The notes under the pieces: model-generated
Seen by the model: the letters and a program-made list of their open reading frames with translations, nothing else
Database searches by the model: none
Told to the model about the DNA's origin: nothing
Shown here: positions 36,271 to 49,509 of the stretch, piece after piece
How positions within the stretch are numbered: the stretch's first letter is position 1
Layout of the letters: the number at the start of each line of letters is the position of its first letter
Source of the DNA: Octopus bimaculoides
Lineage: Eukaryota
Direction: 5' to 3'
NCBI RefSeq assembly: GCF_001194135.2
Contig: NC_068994.1
Span: 20,477,849 to 20,541,848, forward strand
DNA: 64,000 nucleotides
Made by a program: the position numbers and the translations under genes

Positions 36271-38057
36271 GTAAGTATCATGGTGAACATGGAAGAGTGT
36301 GAAGGAAAATTGTGTTAAGCTGAGAACTGCTTTCAGAAAAAGCTTCCATATTTTATGCTCTCTTTGCAGCCAGCTTCACTTTGCACACACTCTGCATAAC
36401 TACACCAGAGTTAGTGAATATCCTTACCAATTCTTCAATCCTTTTCTCTCTACAGGAATTTATCCTAATCTGAGCAAGTTCTCCGACATCTACCTTTAAG
36501 CTCTCACTTCCAACATTATCTTCTTCCATTACCTTTAAGTGAATGTGCTTGAAGACAATGGAAGATGATACCAGAATTAGTTGGAGTGAACAGAAATGCT
36601 GTTTAAGTTCCAGGTTAGCCTTCATCAAATAGACCTGTAATTAAATGTATTCTAGCCACAACCATCTCATTCTTTTTCCTAACACTATGTAACCAGGGGT
36701 CAGATCATACAGTCTGAATCAAAGGAGATTTGATTTCAGGTAATCATTTATGGATTCCCTCAGTGTTTCATGAGTGGGGGGATTTTTTTGCAATTGATAA
36801 ATGTATGTATTTGGTAGTAAGGGCGGTAGAGTGGCAAATGAAGGTATTAGCGGAAGTTTTATTGATGTCGGAGATTGTGGAAGAAGCAAAACCAATTGTA
36901 ACTTTTGTGGCTATATTTACATCAAGGATATTTTCAGATCAATTCTTGTAGAAGGGTGACAGATTGGAGAATTCTGGAAAATTAGTAAGAGATTCACTTG
37001 GTAAAGAACAGAAGAGGCAGCGGAGCTTCAGGCCTGCAATGAATAAAAACCTTTTGCTTTCTTGATGGGTTTCTTGCAAGTATTACGGCCGTGAAACACA
37101 TTTGATGCAAGGGTTATCCAGCATATAACTGGTAGAACTCTTACCAGTTAACTGACTTCAAGTACCAGCATTTGATGGTCAGTGACTGTTGTGCAGTTAG
37201 GGGATATCTGTTGCCTTGATTACACAGCAGTAGTAAAATAATTTAAAGCTACAGAACCAATGGATGGCTGAGTAAAGGCTTGTTTTTAAAGAGAAATATA
37301 TAAGGTATTTTTAGAATGTTACTCAGAGATAGTGGAAAGTAAGGATAATAACTGTTGCAAGTAGTTCAAAGCAGCAAAAAAATTGGCCACTGCACGAGTG
37401 ATATAGGTGTGGAAGAAGTGCAACAACCAAAACAGATTTTGTCCAATGAAATCATGAGACTGATAGCTTTACAGAAGAGTGTGTTGAGATAGATTTCCTA
37501 AATGCAGAATGATAGATAGTTAATCAGTTCTTGGTAATTCACAGAGTACAGTGAGTGGCAGACAGGACATAAACTTGAAGGAATAGGGTAGAGGAAATTT
37601 AAACTAGAGTAACTGGAAATCTTTGTTGTTAATATCCAAGCAAGTAGTAAGGAAAATGGATTCTGTGCAAGTGTAAACATTGCAGTTTTAAATTATTCTG
37701 TAGATAAGTCATCATAGGGACTATTTTAATATACACAACACATTTTAACAAAACAAAATCTAGGCAACACAGTAACAAATTTAATTAAATTTTCTCTACA
37801 TCAAGATCTTCACCCAACTTACAACTACAGTAACATTTCCCTCAGTCTTCTCTAAAGAAACTTAGTTTCTCAGACTGCATAGCCATCATTTTCTCAACCA
37901 GTATACAAAAAATAATCCAACCAAAAGCATTTTCAGTAAGAGACTAATGTTAGTGATGTTATGGAAGTAATTGTTATATCAGTGATGAAGATGTTAATAA
38001 TGATGATATGTTTCATTTGATGTTTTATTTACTTTTGCATTCATTTTCTGCTTGTAG

Positions 38058-38291
38058 AAATACTTGTATGAATCGCGGCATCGTCATGCCATTAACAGAC
38101 AACGTGGCCAAGGAGGCGTCTTTGTCAGTGGACCTCGAAAAGACCCTTCACCCATAAACCATTCACATGGAGCTGCAAATGGCAGCAGCCATATTCAACC
38201 CACTGAGACAAGATACAGAGAAATTGCAGCTGCTACATGTTCACCAAGCTCAGGGCATCCGAGTGATTTACTCAGCTCTTTAACGACTTGA
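38058..38291 (+). CDS. NFYA: NF-YA DNA-binding helix A2 and C-terminal exon (stop included)
   Basis: ctgcttgtag|KYLYESRHRHAINRQRGQGGVF...SSLTT*; total spliced CDS 924 nt = 307 aa from ATG 30224. Confidence 0.97.
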   Translation, partial: KYLYESRHRHAINRQRGQGGVFVSGPRKDPSPINHSHGAANGSSHIQPTETRYREIAAATCSPSSGHPSDLLSSLTT

Positions 38292-39535
38292 CTTAACTGA
38301 AACTCAATGCTCATTCATGTAAAGCGCCTCTAAAATTCCTGTGCTAATGTTATGAACTTTGTAATTCATATCTGAAGGGACATGCTAAGTGATATTGTAA
38401 ATAATATTATGAATGAATGATGTACTGACAGAGTAACTATATATATGTGTGTGTATAAACATATATACATATATATAATAACTGTCCACTATTAAACAGA
38501 CAAAAGTGACAGTGTACGGACTAATGGATTCAGCATTAAAAAAATTTACTGTGCTGATTTTGTTACACATCATCCACTTTCAGTATAGTGGCAATCATTT
38601 TCCTTTTATTCTTCATCATCCACCATATCTCTGTCCTCTCCCTTCTCTCTTTCTCTCTCTCTCTGCATTTCCCTCATCCTGCTGTGTATTGAATAGAGAA
38701 TCAGTTTTTGTCTTTTCAGAAAATTGTTTTCTTTCATTGCTTCAGCATGCTACATACATCCTGTCCTTCCATGTTTAACTTCAAACATACAAAGTAACTC
38801 GCACAAACTATCTTTTATATATATANNNNNNNNNNNNNNNNNNNNNNNNNNNNNNNNNNNNNNNNNNNNNNNNNNNNNNNNNNNNNNTGTATAACATACA
38901 CACCCACACACACCAACACAAAACTGCAGATATACAGATATCTTCCATCCCCACTAAAATGCAATACTATCTCCTTGTGATTGTATATATTAACATATTA
39001 ATGTGCACTCTGTCCTTGCTCCATTGGAATATGTAGCTGATGATGCTTGGCAGCTAAACTAACAATGCATTCGCTCTGGGAGAACTTGTTTCATTGCCAT
39101 GTTTTGTTGTTTGTTTGTTTTGTTTTTTTACTTTTCTGCTTTCTGTTCTCTAATGACCCAATTAGCCCCACTACCACTAATTCTCATTTACAAAAAGGGA
39201 AAATAATTCATAAGAAAAATATAGGACTTAGAACAGGAAATATGTGTTGTATATGCATATATACACACACATATACAAACACAAAAGCACACACATATAT
39301 GTATATATAGGAAGAGAGATAGGTAATTATGTTTGTGTGTATTAGAAATTTCTGTGTCCTATCTTGAGTGGGTGGATCATTTTGCCTTGGGACACCTGGA
39401 TTCACAAGGACATATCCTTGATGTGGTGGCGAATGGCAACAAAAGGACTTTAAAAAACCAGCTGTTCTCTCAATCATGTCCAGATTAAAAGCAGTACCTT
39501 ATCAGCTATTTACAAAGCGTATCTGTATATGTGTG

Positions 39536-39573
<38 letters not shown>

Positions 39574-39687
39574 CCATTCTTCATATCACTTTTATTGACA
39601 AAAGAGAGGAAAGAAACAAATACAAAGGATGAAGACTAAATGAGGAAACCATATACATACTTATACATGTGTGTATATATATATATA

Positions 39688-40505
39688 CAGAGTGGGGCAG
39701 AGAGGAAGGGTGTTTTTGAAAAATTCACAAAATCATTAATTTTAGCTGCAAACAAATTTTATTAACATCAATGTGTTCGTATTGAATTAGTATTTGTCAA
39801 AATCAAGTGTGGAAAACAACATCCATCATGTGGTGTCTGTTTTCATTGATGCATTTCTGAAGGTGTTCTTGGAAGTTGGCCTCCACCTTCTCCAGCATTG
39901 TTCTGTCGATTTGGGCAACTTCCACGTGAATAGCTTCCTTCAAATCATCCAATGTATGGAGCTTATGTGCATACACATGTATCATGAGGTTTCCCCAACA
40001 AGAAATAATCATACATAGACAAATCAGGGGACCAAGGAGGCCAAGGAATATCAGCAAACCTGGAAATGAGGCGGTCACTAAGGAGAGGACGAAGAACATC
40101 CATTCATGTTCTGGCTGTGTGGGCTGTTGCCCCATCCTGCTGAGACCACACATGTCAAATAGGCATACGTTTTCATTGTAATTCAGGCACAAAGAAGTTG
40201 TTTATCATCTCAATGTAATGCTCAGAGTTCACAGTAACAGCATTTCCATTATTGTCTTCAAAAAGGTAAGGACCAGTTTTTCCAACAGCACACCAGACCA
40301 TCACTTTTGAGCTGTGCAGTGGTCTTTTGTGCAGTTCTCTTGGATTTTCAAGAGCTCAGTAATGATGATTCTGTTGATTCATCATGCCATTCAGATAAAA
40401 ATGAGGTTGTCATTTGCCTCAAAAATTGCTTCCATCTGATGTGCAAAGTTAAGCTACTGTGCCTAGTCCCATTTCAAGAACGTCCATCCACTCTACCCCA
40501 CCCTG
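39688..40505 (-). mobile_element. Internally deleted Tc1/mariner (DD37D/maT-like) element with TIRs and TA TSD
   Basis: TA|CAGAGTGGGGCAGAG... and ...CTCTACCCCACCCTG|TA (about 36-bp imperfect TIRs); minus strand W.QQDGATAHTA...WPP.SPDL..DYF...VY...LDDLKEAI. Confidence 0.9.
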
Positions 40506-40518
40506 TATATATATGTAT

Positions 40519-40800
40519 ATGAGGTGTGTCTCAAAAGAATCATGACTGGGGTAAAAAAATTTATGTCAAATCCAAACTACAGGTTTTTCCCTTCAGAATA
40601 ATTCCCCTTGAGTCTAACACATTTTCCCATCCTTCTTTCCTATACCCCCATGCACTCCTCGAAGGATTCTCCACAGCTCTGTTGTCATGGCCCTCTCGAT
40701 GGCATCCATATCAGATAAACAGATTCCCAAAGTAAAAATCACACAGAGCCAGGTTGAGTGAGTAGGGAGGTTGTCCAGCATGGTGATGTTCTTGGCAAGA
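40519..40800 (-). mobile_element. Mariner 3'-end fragment
   Basis: TA-tgaggtgtgtctcaaaag TIR-like end; minus strand QPPYSLNLALCDF resembles PPYSPDLAPCDF. Confidence 0.65.
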
Positions 40801-41250
40801 AACTGCTAGATGCAGGGTGGACCCAAAACTACCAGTTAGTACATTGTTCTGTGCCTATGACCTAAAATCAAGGTGCTGTTTACAAAAGCACATGAAGAGA
40901 CATAGAATGGATGCAGAGGGCTGAGATCACAGTTATATACTCTCCAGATATTACATCACACAGTGACACAACGTGCTAATTTCTACCCCACTCATAGCTC
41001 ACACAGTCCTAAACACTAAGTCCTGTTACTTTTCTGACACACCTTCTATATGAGATTTATAGTTCTATATACATATATATATACACATATATATATTCTT
41101 TTTCTTGTTGTTTGCGGATTCAACTTGTTTTCGTATTTCATGTTGTTTCTGACATCCTGTACCCATATATGCACGTATATATATATATATATGTGTGTGT
41201 GTGAGTACATGTATATATATGCATATATATATTATTTATAGTATATATAT

Positions 41251-41282
<32 letters not shown>

Positions 41283-41371
41283 GTTTTCTTTTATTCCAGT
41301 CATGTGACTGTGACCATGCTGGAGCACCGCCTTTAGTCGAGCAAATCGACCCCAGGACTTATTCTTTGTAA

Positions 41372-41647
41372 TACAGTTCTATATTTAAGAGATGAGGAAT
41401 TATGTACATTATTTACATTTGACGGATATTTGTCCTCATCTTGTTTGTTGTTAACACAACATTTTGGCTGGTATACCCTCCAGCCTTCTTCAGGTGTCTT
41501 GGGGAAATTTCAAACCTGGGTTCTTATTTCTAAGGTATTTTTCGGTGTTATTACTATTATTGTTGTTATTGTTCAGGTCACTGCTTGGAATCGAACTTGG
41601 AATCTTGGGGTTAGTAGCCCATGCTCTTAACCACTACTCCATATGCC
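41372..41647 (-). mobile_element. tRNA-headed SINE-like element carrying a decayed hammerhead motif
   Basis: Head ggcatatggagtagtggttaagagc... with A box 41641-41631 and B box GTTCGATTCC 41596-41587; hammerhead fold at 41498-41453. Confidence 0.75.
41453..41498 (-). ncRNA. Minimal type I hammerhead motif, probably inactivated
   Basis: GACAC-CTGAAGA-a-GGCTGG(agggtata)CCAGCC-aAAAtGTT-GTGTT; differs from a canonical GAAACGTT at two positions, both explainable by CpG deamination (41465, 41461). Confidence 0.65.
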
Positions 41648-41829
41648 AGTGGACCCACACCTATGCTGGCGTGTTTATGTCCCCGTAACTTAGCGGTGCA
41701 GCAAAAAGTGAACGATAGAATAAGTACTAGACTTACAAGGAATAAGTCCTGGGGTCCATTTGCTTGACTAAAAAAAAAAAGGTGGTGCTCCAGCATGGCT
41801 GCACTCAGATGACTAAAACAAATAAAAGA

Positions 41830-41847
41830 ATATATATATATTTATGC

Positions 41848-41918
<71 letters not shown>

Positions 41919-42448
41919 TATGTATATGTATACATATCTATGTGTGTATATATATATATATATGTGTGTGTCTCCCACTGTCCTGTTTTTGTTCCCCTTT
42001 CACCCTCCATAAATCCTAAATTTTCTTTTGGTTCTTATGGGAGTAACTGTCTTCGGAGACTCATATTGTCATTTAATGCTCGAAATGAGTAGATAGACAG
42101 CCAACAACTGATGAAGGGTCATTCTTTATGTTACTTGTCCTGTTTTTCATTTGTTTTCGAATGTCATGTTGTTTACTATTGGTGACATCCTGTACCCATA
42201 TATGCATGTGTATATATATATGTGTCTGTGTGTGTGTATATATGCATATATATGTATATGCATATATAAATATATATATATTATATTATTATTTGATTGA
42301 ACGCCACGTCAGTTTATATGTGGATATATATATGTGTGTGCGTATATATATATATGTGTGTATGTGTATATAAGTATATGTGTATGTATATGTATATATA
42401 TGTGTGCGTGTATATATGTATATAGATATATATGTATGTATATACATT

Positions 42449-42522
<74 letters not shown>

Positions 42523-42790
42523 TGCATTACTCTCAAATAATCTTTGTGGTATAGCCTCAAGAGTTAACAAGATAATTTGACAACATATCGATTAGGAATC
42601 TGCCTCTTTGCGGTCCCATTCAGCTTCATTGCAATCAGACCCTTTCATGCTTTCTCAGTTGAATTTTTTTTATATGTCACTAGTTATCCGGAATACATTA
42701 TCAACTGGCTATAGATTCGGTGATTGGTGTTTAACAAAATTACTTGTTGAGTTATAGAAAATATATAAGGTTAAGCCTCGCTCTAAAATA

Positions 42791-42840
<50 letters not shown>

Positions 42841-42979
42841 ATATATGTGTATATATGTATATATATATGTATGTATATATATGTATATATATATATTTAT
42901 ATATATATGTATATATATTATACATATATATGTGTATATTTATATATATATGTATATATATTATACATANNNNNNNNNN

Positions 42980-43033
<54 letters not shown>

Positions 43034-43200
43034 TGTGTGTGTGTATTTTTATGTATATGTATAGATGTGTGTATGTATATATATTTGTGTGTGTGTATAT
43101 ACATATATATATACATACATTTATATATATATATGAGTATACATGTTTTGTACATATGTATATTTATGTGTGTACATGTGTGTGTATGTATATACATGTT
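41830..43200. repeat. Cluster of long (TA)n/(TG)n microsatellites interleaved with short repeat fragments
   Basis: Tracts at about 41830-41970, 42195-42520 and 42785-43200; they generate the spurious YI/CV ORFs. Confidence 0.9.
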
Positions 43201-44309
43201 GAAGAATTTATTACTACTCTACATTATTTTTTTGCTGTAATTTTAACGATGGGGAACTTGAAGATAGAATGACATAACCCTATATTTCTCATCTTGAAAT
43301 ATAAATACTACTTTATATTTAATACACTCTTATTTCTATCAATAATCTCTATATGTATATATGTATATATTTATATCTTTAGCCTGATTTAGCTATCTTG
43401 GCTAAGGCCATGCTGCAGCACTGCCTTGAATATAATTTCATTATTATTAAAGTTGACTACATTTTCATCACTTTATTCTCCCTGCCACAGAGGATCCTTG
43501 GCTGGTATATCAACGAAGAAATTCATCAATATATGTATATATATATATATATTATTTAAATGTAAAGCTACACAAGTGACTCAAGAATCTAGACTTTTGT
43601 GCATAGCACTTATCAAACTAAATTATAAACCACAAATTTTCTCATTATATAGCTGAAAATATTATTGTGATTATTCAAAAGACTTCTATTGAAAATTCAT
43701 TGGGATGTCATGTGATAATGCAATATCTTTAAAATATGTCCATTAGTTCCGTGAACCAAAGAAGAAAAAAATAAAGTAATTCTTATAATCACAAATGATC
43801 GTAAACTTACATATGGTTATATGTAAACACAGATATATGCGTATAAAAATATATAAATGCATATACATAAATACATAGACTGATATACACATATGTATGT
43901 ACATTCGTTTGCTTTTACTACTGTTTTTCCATGTTAGTATGGATTAGAAAAATATATTATTGAGGATTGTTTTACAGCCAGATACCCTTCCTGTTACTAA
44001 TCATTACCTATTTTTCAAGTAAGGGGCCTCTTATTTCACAAGTCTTTGAAGGCACAAAGCAATTGGACAATTTGTTGATAGAAGTCACAACACTACAACT
44101 CCTAGCTCATAACTTTTGTAGAGCACAAATTTAACTTACACACAATGGAGTTTCTTTCAGTTTTTATCTCCTAAACTCACTTGCAACGCTTTGATCAGCC
44201 CAAGACTATAGTAGACATTTATCCAAGATGTTAGCACAATGGAAATGACCCTGAAATCACATGATTCAGAAGCAAACTTCTTAACCACAAAGCCATGCCT
44301 GCATGTGTG

Positions 44310-45020
44310 TGTGTTTAATCATTTAGAATTCAGGGAGCTTCTGCTGCTACTAGCAACAGGGGTCTTTTCTCTCAGAGTGAAGGGCAGATTGTACAGCTCT
44401 CACCAAATAATAATTTACAATGCACATCTAATGCAACATGCTAGCTTTGTTTTTGTCTAGTCCTCTCAAGCTGGTGAAGTATACAGTTAGAAAGATAATG
44501 GATGGTGGAGATGTCTTAAGAAGGAAATTGTGTGAGGCAGCTCAGGTGTGCGTATGTATATACATAGTGCTTCCAGAATCTAAGTTTTGCCAAGTTGGGC
44601 ATTTTTTCTCAAGAGCTTTATATTGCCATCTCCATGAAGTTCAATGAAATCAGCTTTCAACACTTCATCCCACATCTTCCTGGGTTTTTCTCTTCTGCAA
44701 GTTCCAACCACATTAAATGATCAGCACTTCTTTATACAGCTATTGTCATCCATACATATCACAGGTCCATACCAGCACAGTTTTCTTTCTTGCTCACAGC
44801 TGTTCCTCTTACACCCAATTTTTCTCTCAACACTTTTGTACTTTATCATTCATGCTCATCTGATGGAACATGCTAGCTTCATTTCTGTCAAGCTTTCTCA
44901 AGTTCTTTGCATTTAAGGCCATGTCTCCCTACCATGCATCTTCCATTCTGACACAAGCATCATACAATCTGTCCTTCACTTTGAGAGAAAAGATTTTTGT
45001 TGCCAAAAGCAGCAGAAACT
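44310..45020. mobile_element. Two RTE LINE 3' coding fragments in opposite orientations
   Basis: Plus strand FRELLLLLAT.VFSLRVKGRLYS near 44330-44400; minus-strand match to the RTE C-terminus at 44640-45020. Confidence 0.75.
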
Positions 45021-45569
45021 CCCTAAACTATTCCCAACCTATTTTTTTCCTTCAGAAAATTGTTGGATCATTGGAGAGGATACCTTTCAGTTTTTGTTTC
45101 GGCACTCTTTGATCTCAGTTCCTATCCTCCCAAGGGAACTTTGCTTTTCATACATCATTTGTAAGTTGACAAAAAAAAAAAAAAAAAAAAAAAACCCACT
45201 AATCCAGAGCAGTGGAATAAAACTGCTAAATGTCAGGCAAACTTGTCTTACAGTAGCTTTTCCAGCCCTTTAAGTTCCACCACCAACGTCATCCATTATG
45301 ACATTGGTGCCAAGCTGTATCAGCCTTATAGTGGCACCCTTTCCTTTGGACAATATGAGTGGCATTGAGAGGAAAGACTTTCATGCCTGAGTAACTACCA
45401 GTCTTCCACAACAAAAACCTTGCCTTTGCATGTGCAGATAAATGATCAACCATGACCGATGGAATCCACTAAGATATATATATATATATATATAAAAAAA
45501 AAAATTAACACCAAATATACAGTGCGTGTGTTTTTATTGGCTAAACTGGCAATATGACCATCCCCAAGT

Positions 45570-45608
<39 letters not shown>

Positions 45609-46299
45609 CTTCTACTTGTTTCAGTCATTGGACTGTGGCCATGCTGGAGCACTTCCTTGAAGAATGTTTTGGTTGAATCTCAGTACTTAATTTTTTTAAA
45701 ACCTAGTGCTTACTCTATTGGTCTCTTTTGCCAAACCATTAAGTTACAGGGACATAAATACACGAACACCATTTGTCAAGCAGTAGTGGGGGACAAACAC
45801 ACACACACATATATTTTTATATATATATACACACACACACAACAGGATTCTTTCAGTTTCCTTGGTCAAGCCAAAGCTATAGTAGAAGACATTTGCCCAG
45901 TGTTCCACACAGTAGGACTGAACCCAGAACCATGTGATTGTGAAGGAAGCTTCTTGCCACACAGCTATGTCTGCACCAATTGTCCAATAAGTTTTCATGA
46001 ATCAGAGTAAAACAGGCACTTGTATATTTATATATATATCATTATTAATTACAACGTAATATAGTCTAACAGCCAATTAATATTACTGCACAGTTTCATA
46101 CTGATAACCTTTCAGAACTGGAGAAGTAAATTAACAATCATCAAATATGGTAAATGCTCTTTGCAGAAGGCCTGAATATGCTACATCTCATTTATAGGTC
46201 TCGGAGTTGTGAAAGACTTAAATGGAATTCAAAGAAAACAGGGAAAAGAACCAAGTTGGCAAGCCCATTACATTTATATCACCTAAATTACTACCTTTT

Positions 46300-46775
46300 A
46301 GCCAGTGACCTGCTTGTTAGTATTCAGGTAGCAAGAAGTCCACCCTAATTTCTCGTTTGAGAAAAACCAAATCAAATCTTCTGCTGGCTTTTTCAGTTTG
46401 TTTAAGAGCTTTTTGGATCTGATGTAGTGATTTTCTTTTGCTTTTTCTGACAAATTGACCTTTCCTCATCGTATAAGACAACATTTCTGACTGTTCCTTC
46501 TGACACATGGAGATCTTTTGCAAATGCCTCATGGACTTTCTGGGATTGTAATCAATGGTCTGTTGAACTTGCTGGATAAATTCAGGTTTTCTGATGATTT
46601 CAGAGCATTTAAAATGCTTTGATACTGGTGATACGTTTCCATTTTCAGTCTCTAGCTCTTTACAAACTTCATAGATTTTGAAAGATCTGGCAACTTTTAA
46701 AAATCAAGATATTTCTAAATTGCTATGGGAGCCTTTATAACCACAATAACAGCATGCCTCTTCATTTCTTGAGTA
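46300..46775 (-). mobile_element. Tc1/mariner-superfamily transposase N-terminal half (frameshifted)
   Basis: EMKRHAVIV...QQTIDYNPRKSMRHL.KDLHVSEGTVRNVV...YTMRKGQF...SKKLLNKLK...IWFFS: HTH region running up to the first catalytic motif. Confidence 0.7.
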
Positions 46776-46823
46776 AGCTGAGGGTCTAACATTATAATTT
46801 TCTGAAACAAAGATTATACAGAG

Positions 46824-47826
46824 TTAGCAAAAAATGCAGCAATGACCCCAAAAAGGCATGTCCTCAAANNNNNNNNNNNNNNNNNNNNNNNNNNNNNNNN
46901 NNNNNNNNNNNNNNNNNNNNNNNNNNNNNNNNNNNNNNNNNNNNNNNNNNNNNNNNNNNNNNNNNNNNNNNNNNNNNNNNNNNNNNNNNNNNNNNNNNNN
47001 NNNNNNNNNNNNNNNNNNNNNNNNNNNNNNNNNNNNNNNNNNNNNNNNNNNNNNNNNNNNNNNNNNNNNNNNNNNNNNNNNNNNNNNNNNNNNNNNNNNN
47101 NNNNNNNNNNNNNNNNNNNNNNNNNNNNNNNNNNNNNNNNNNNNNNNNNNNNNNNNNNNNNNNNNNNNNNNNNNNNNNNNNNNATGATTTTGAAGACTGC
47201 AAAATAAATGATAGTCAGATGGGACAATGTCCAGCAAATATGGTGGGTGGGGCGTTGTTTCCCATTCAAACTGCTCCAGCCTTTGGAATTTCTTCCTCAC
47301 TGTATGTGGCCGAGCATTATCCTGATGAAAGAACACGTTTCGTCTTGAGACCAAAGATGGTTGTTTTTCTTCTGGTGCTGACTTGAATGACCAAATCTAA
47401 GCTTCTCTGCTTATTCCTCAACAGTTACGATGGGATTTTGTTCCACTAGGGTTTGCAGGACATCTTTGTCGAGCTCTACAGATCTTCCAGGATGAGGCTG
47501 TAATTTCTGAAACAACCATTGACACTGGCTTACGCTTATTGTCCAATCCCTAATAAATAGCGTTAATATTCTTAACACTTTCCATTGCGTTGTTGCCTTT
47601 ATTGAACTCATAAAGCAAAATATGCTAAATATGCTCCTTTGTCACTTCCATTATAGCTTTAAAAAAATAACTGTTAAAATCAAACAGCACTCTTCAAAAC
47701 TTGCACTAAGAATAAGCACAAGGTAAAATTACTAACTGCTCTGATAGCAAGTAGTTTATCCTGACCTCCTCCAACTTTTAGTTTATGCAATTGAAAAAAC
47801 CGCATTATTTATGGGATGACCCAATA
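46824..47826 (-). mobile_element. Mariner (DD34D) element remnant with one TIR
   Basis: FFHQDNARPHT...WETTPHPPYLLDIVPSDYHLF.SLQNH; TIR TA-ttgggtcatcccataaataatgcggttttt at about 47793-47826. Confidence 0.9.
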
Positions 47827-48643
47827 TATATGTGTGTATCTGTGTTCATTCCCCCAATACCACATGACAACCAGTGTTGATGTGCTTACATCCCTGTAAC
47901 TTAGCAGTTTGACGAAAGAGACCAGTAGAATAAGTACTAGGCTTGAAAAAAAAGTCCTGGGGTTGAGTTGTTCAAGTAAAACCCTTTATGACAGTACTCC
48001 AGCATAGTTACAGTCAAATGACTAAAACAAATAATATATATATATAGACACGCACACACACAATTACTGTGTTGAGATCTCAAATTATGTGTCAGGAATA
48101 TCTGCCTTGAAGTTTATGAGGAACTTGTGTATTCAAGGATAGTTTAATGTTATAAAGTGTTATCCAGCTACATTTCAAATTAATATCTACAGAAATTAAA
48201 TTGGCCATATATTCATTTTCTCTTTCTCTCTCCCCACTCCCTAAATAAAGTAGGAAGCTGTAGAATTCTTGGGAGAATTAACCAATTAGAAACCTCAGCT
48301 AAAAAATGGCCACCTGTTTAATCACTTGTGAATTTGAAAAGTATGTTTTCTATTTTAGATGGTGACTGCACTAACTTTCATTTATTTTAATATCAATCAT
48401 AAGCATTCAGAAATACATCTGATGTAACCTGCAGATCTTCTTGACTACACTCTCCAATGGCATTACCATCAATATATTGAAGCTCACAAAAGTATATATA
48501 TTGGTTGTTTTGAGTCTCTGAAGGTTGCGAACATTTAGTAATGATACAAGATGAGAATTCCAAATGAGATTTATAGGAATGATTACAGTGTAGTTTTTGG
48601 GGATTTTTTTGCATTGTTAGACGTGTTCTGTCTCCATTATTTG

Positions 48644-49275
48644 TTATTACCTCCGCCAAGGAAGAAGGTTAAGTTTTCATCAGTGTTGGTTTGTCCGTCT
48701 GTGTGCAAAATAACTCAAAAAGTTGTGAACGGTATTTGATGAAACTTGCAGGAAAAGTTGGTTATGACACAAGGAACAGATGATGAAATTTTGGTAGTGA
48801 TCGGGGAATTTTTATGGATTCTTGGAGGAATTTTCATTTGTTATATTCACTTTACATGAAGTATTACAATGTTACGTTCTTTGATTGTCTCCCTTGAAAA
48901 CACGTTCATTGTTTCAATGTAAGCTATGGTGGCATTGCTGTTTCTAAAGTTTATTTTCGTTTCTCTTAGTAATTTTACTCACGTGTGTGTATCACTCAAG
49001 TTTTAGGTAATTGTTGTTTCTTTTTAGTTGTATGGTGAAACTAGCTTGCTGTTGTCATTGATGTATTATAACTGCTTCAGATGATTCCTGTCTTTAAAAA
49101 GTTTTTTTTTTTTTTTTTTTAATCATATGGCTGTGTTATTTTTGTTTTAACCCCGCCAAGGAGGTTATGTTTTTGCTGGTGTTGGTTTGGGAAATTGGGT
49201 GGTTTTCAGCCTGCGTGTATATGGGTGGAAATGAGCTGCTTGGCGGAGGTCTGCATTCTCCGAGTGCTTTTCAAG
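48644..49275 (+). mobile_element. Helentron-associated non-autonomous element (HINE/DINE-1-like)
   Basis: subTIRs CCTCCGCCAA 48650-48659 / TTGGCGGAGG 49240-49249, followed by terminal hairpin GCATTC-tcc-GAGTGC 49253-49267 and a T-rich end. Confidence 0.75.
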
Positions 49276-49509
49276 TTTTACTTCTGTATCTCAATGCTTC
49301 AAACAAACTACAAATAATGGAGACAGAGCAATGCAAACAAGAAAAAAATGGGAAGTTAAATAACAAGGCAAGTGAACAGCTTAGAAATGTAAGTTGATGT
49401 AAATCCTGCCCTGATGATTGCTGATTGAGCAATTCAGCATTGCCATTTGTAACCTGTACTTACTGGAAAATGAAAATTACACTAGTTGTTGAATATACAT
49501 TTATTACCA

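Noticed and set aside
36300-37680. Possible very old retroelement in the last NFYA intron
   Set aside because: Only a faint IAKNPP..GNP resemblance to a Penelope RT motif; not supportable.
38067-38120. Idea that RNA editing repairs the non-canonical NF-YA residues
   Set aside because: A-to-I gives TAT to TGT (Cys) and ATT to GTT (Val) and cannot change GTC; none restores His, Met or Arg.
42080-42130. CGAAA...CTGATGA arrangement resembling a type II hammerhead
   Set aside because: Stem I cannot form and stem III has only 2 bp.
48393-48659. 88-aa minus-strand ORF considered as the HPS1 last exon or another gene
   Set aside because: The true HPS1 terminal exon is at 54785-54962; this ORF starts inside a HINE and has no recognisable motif.
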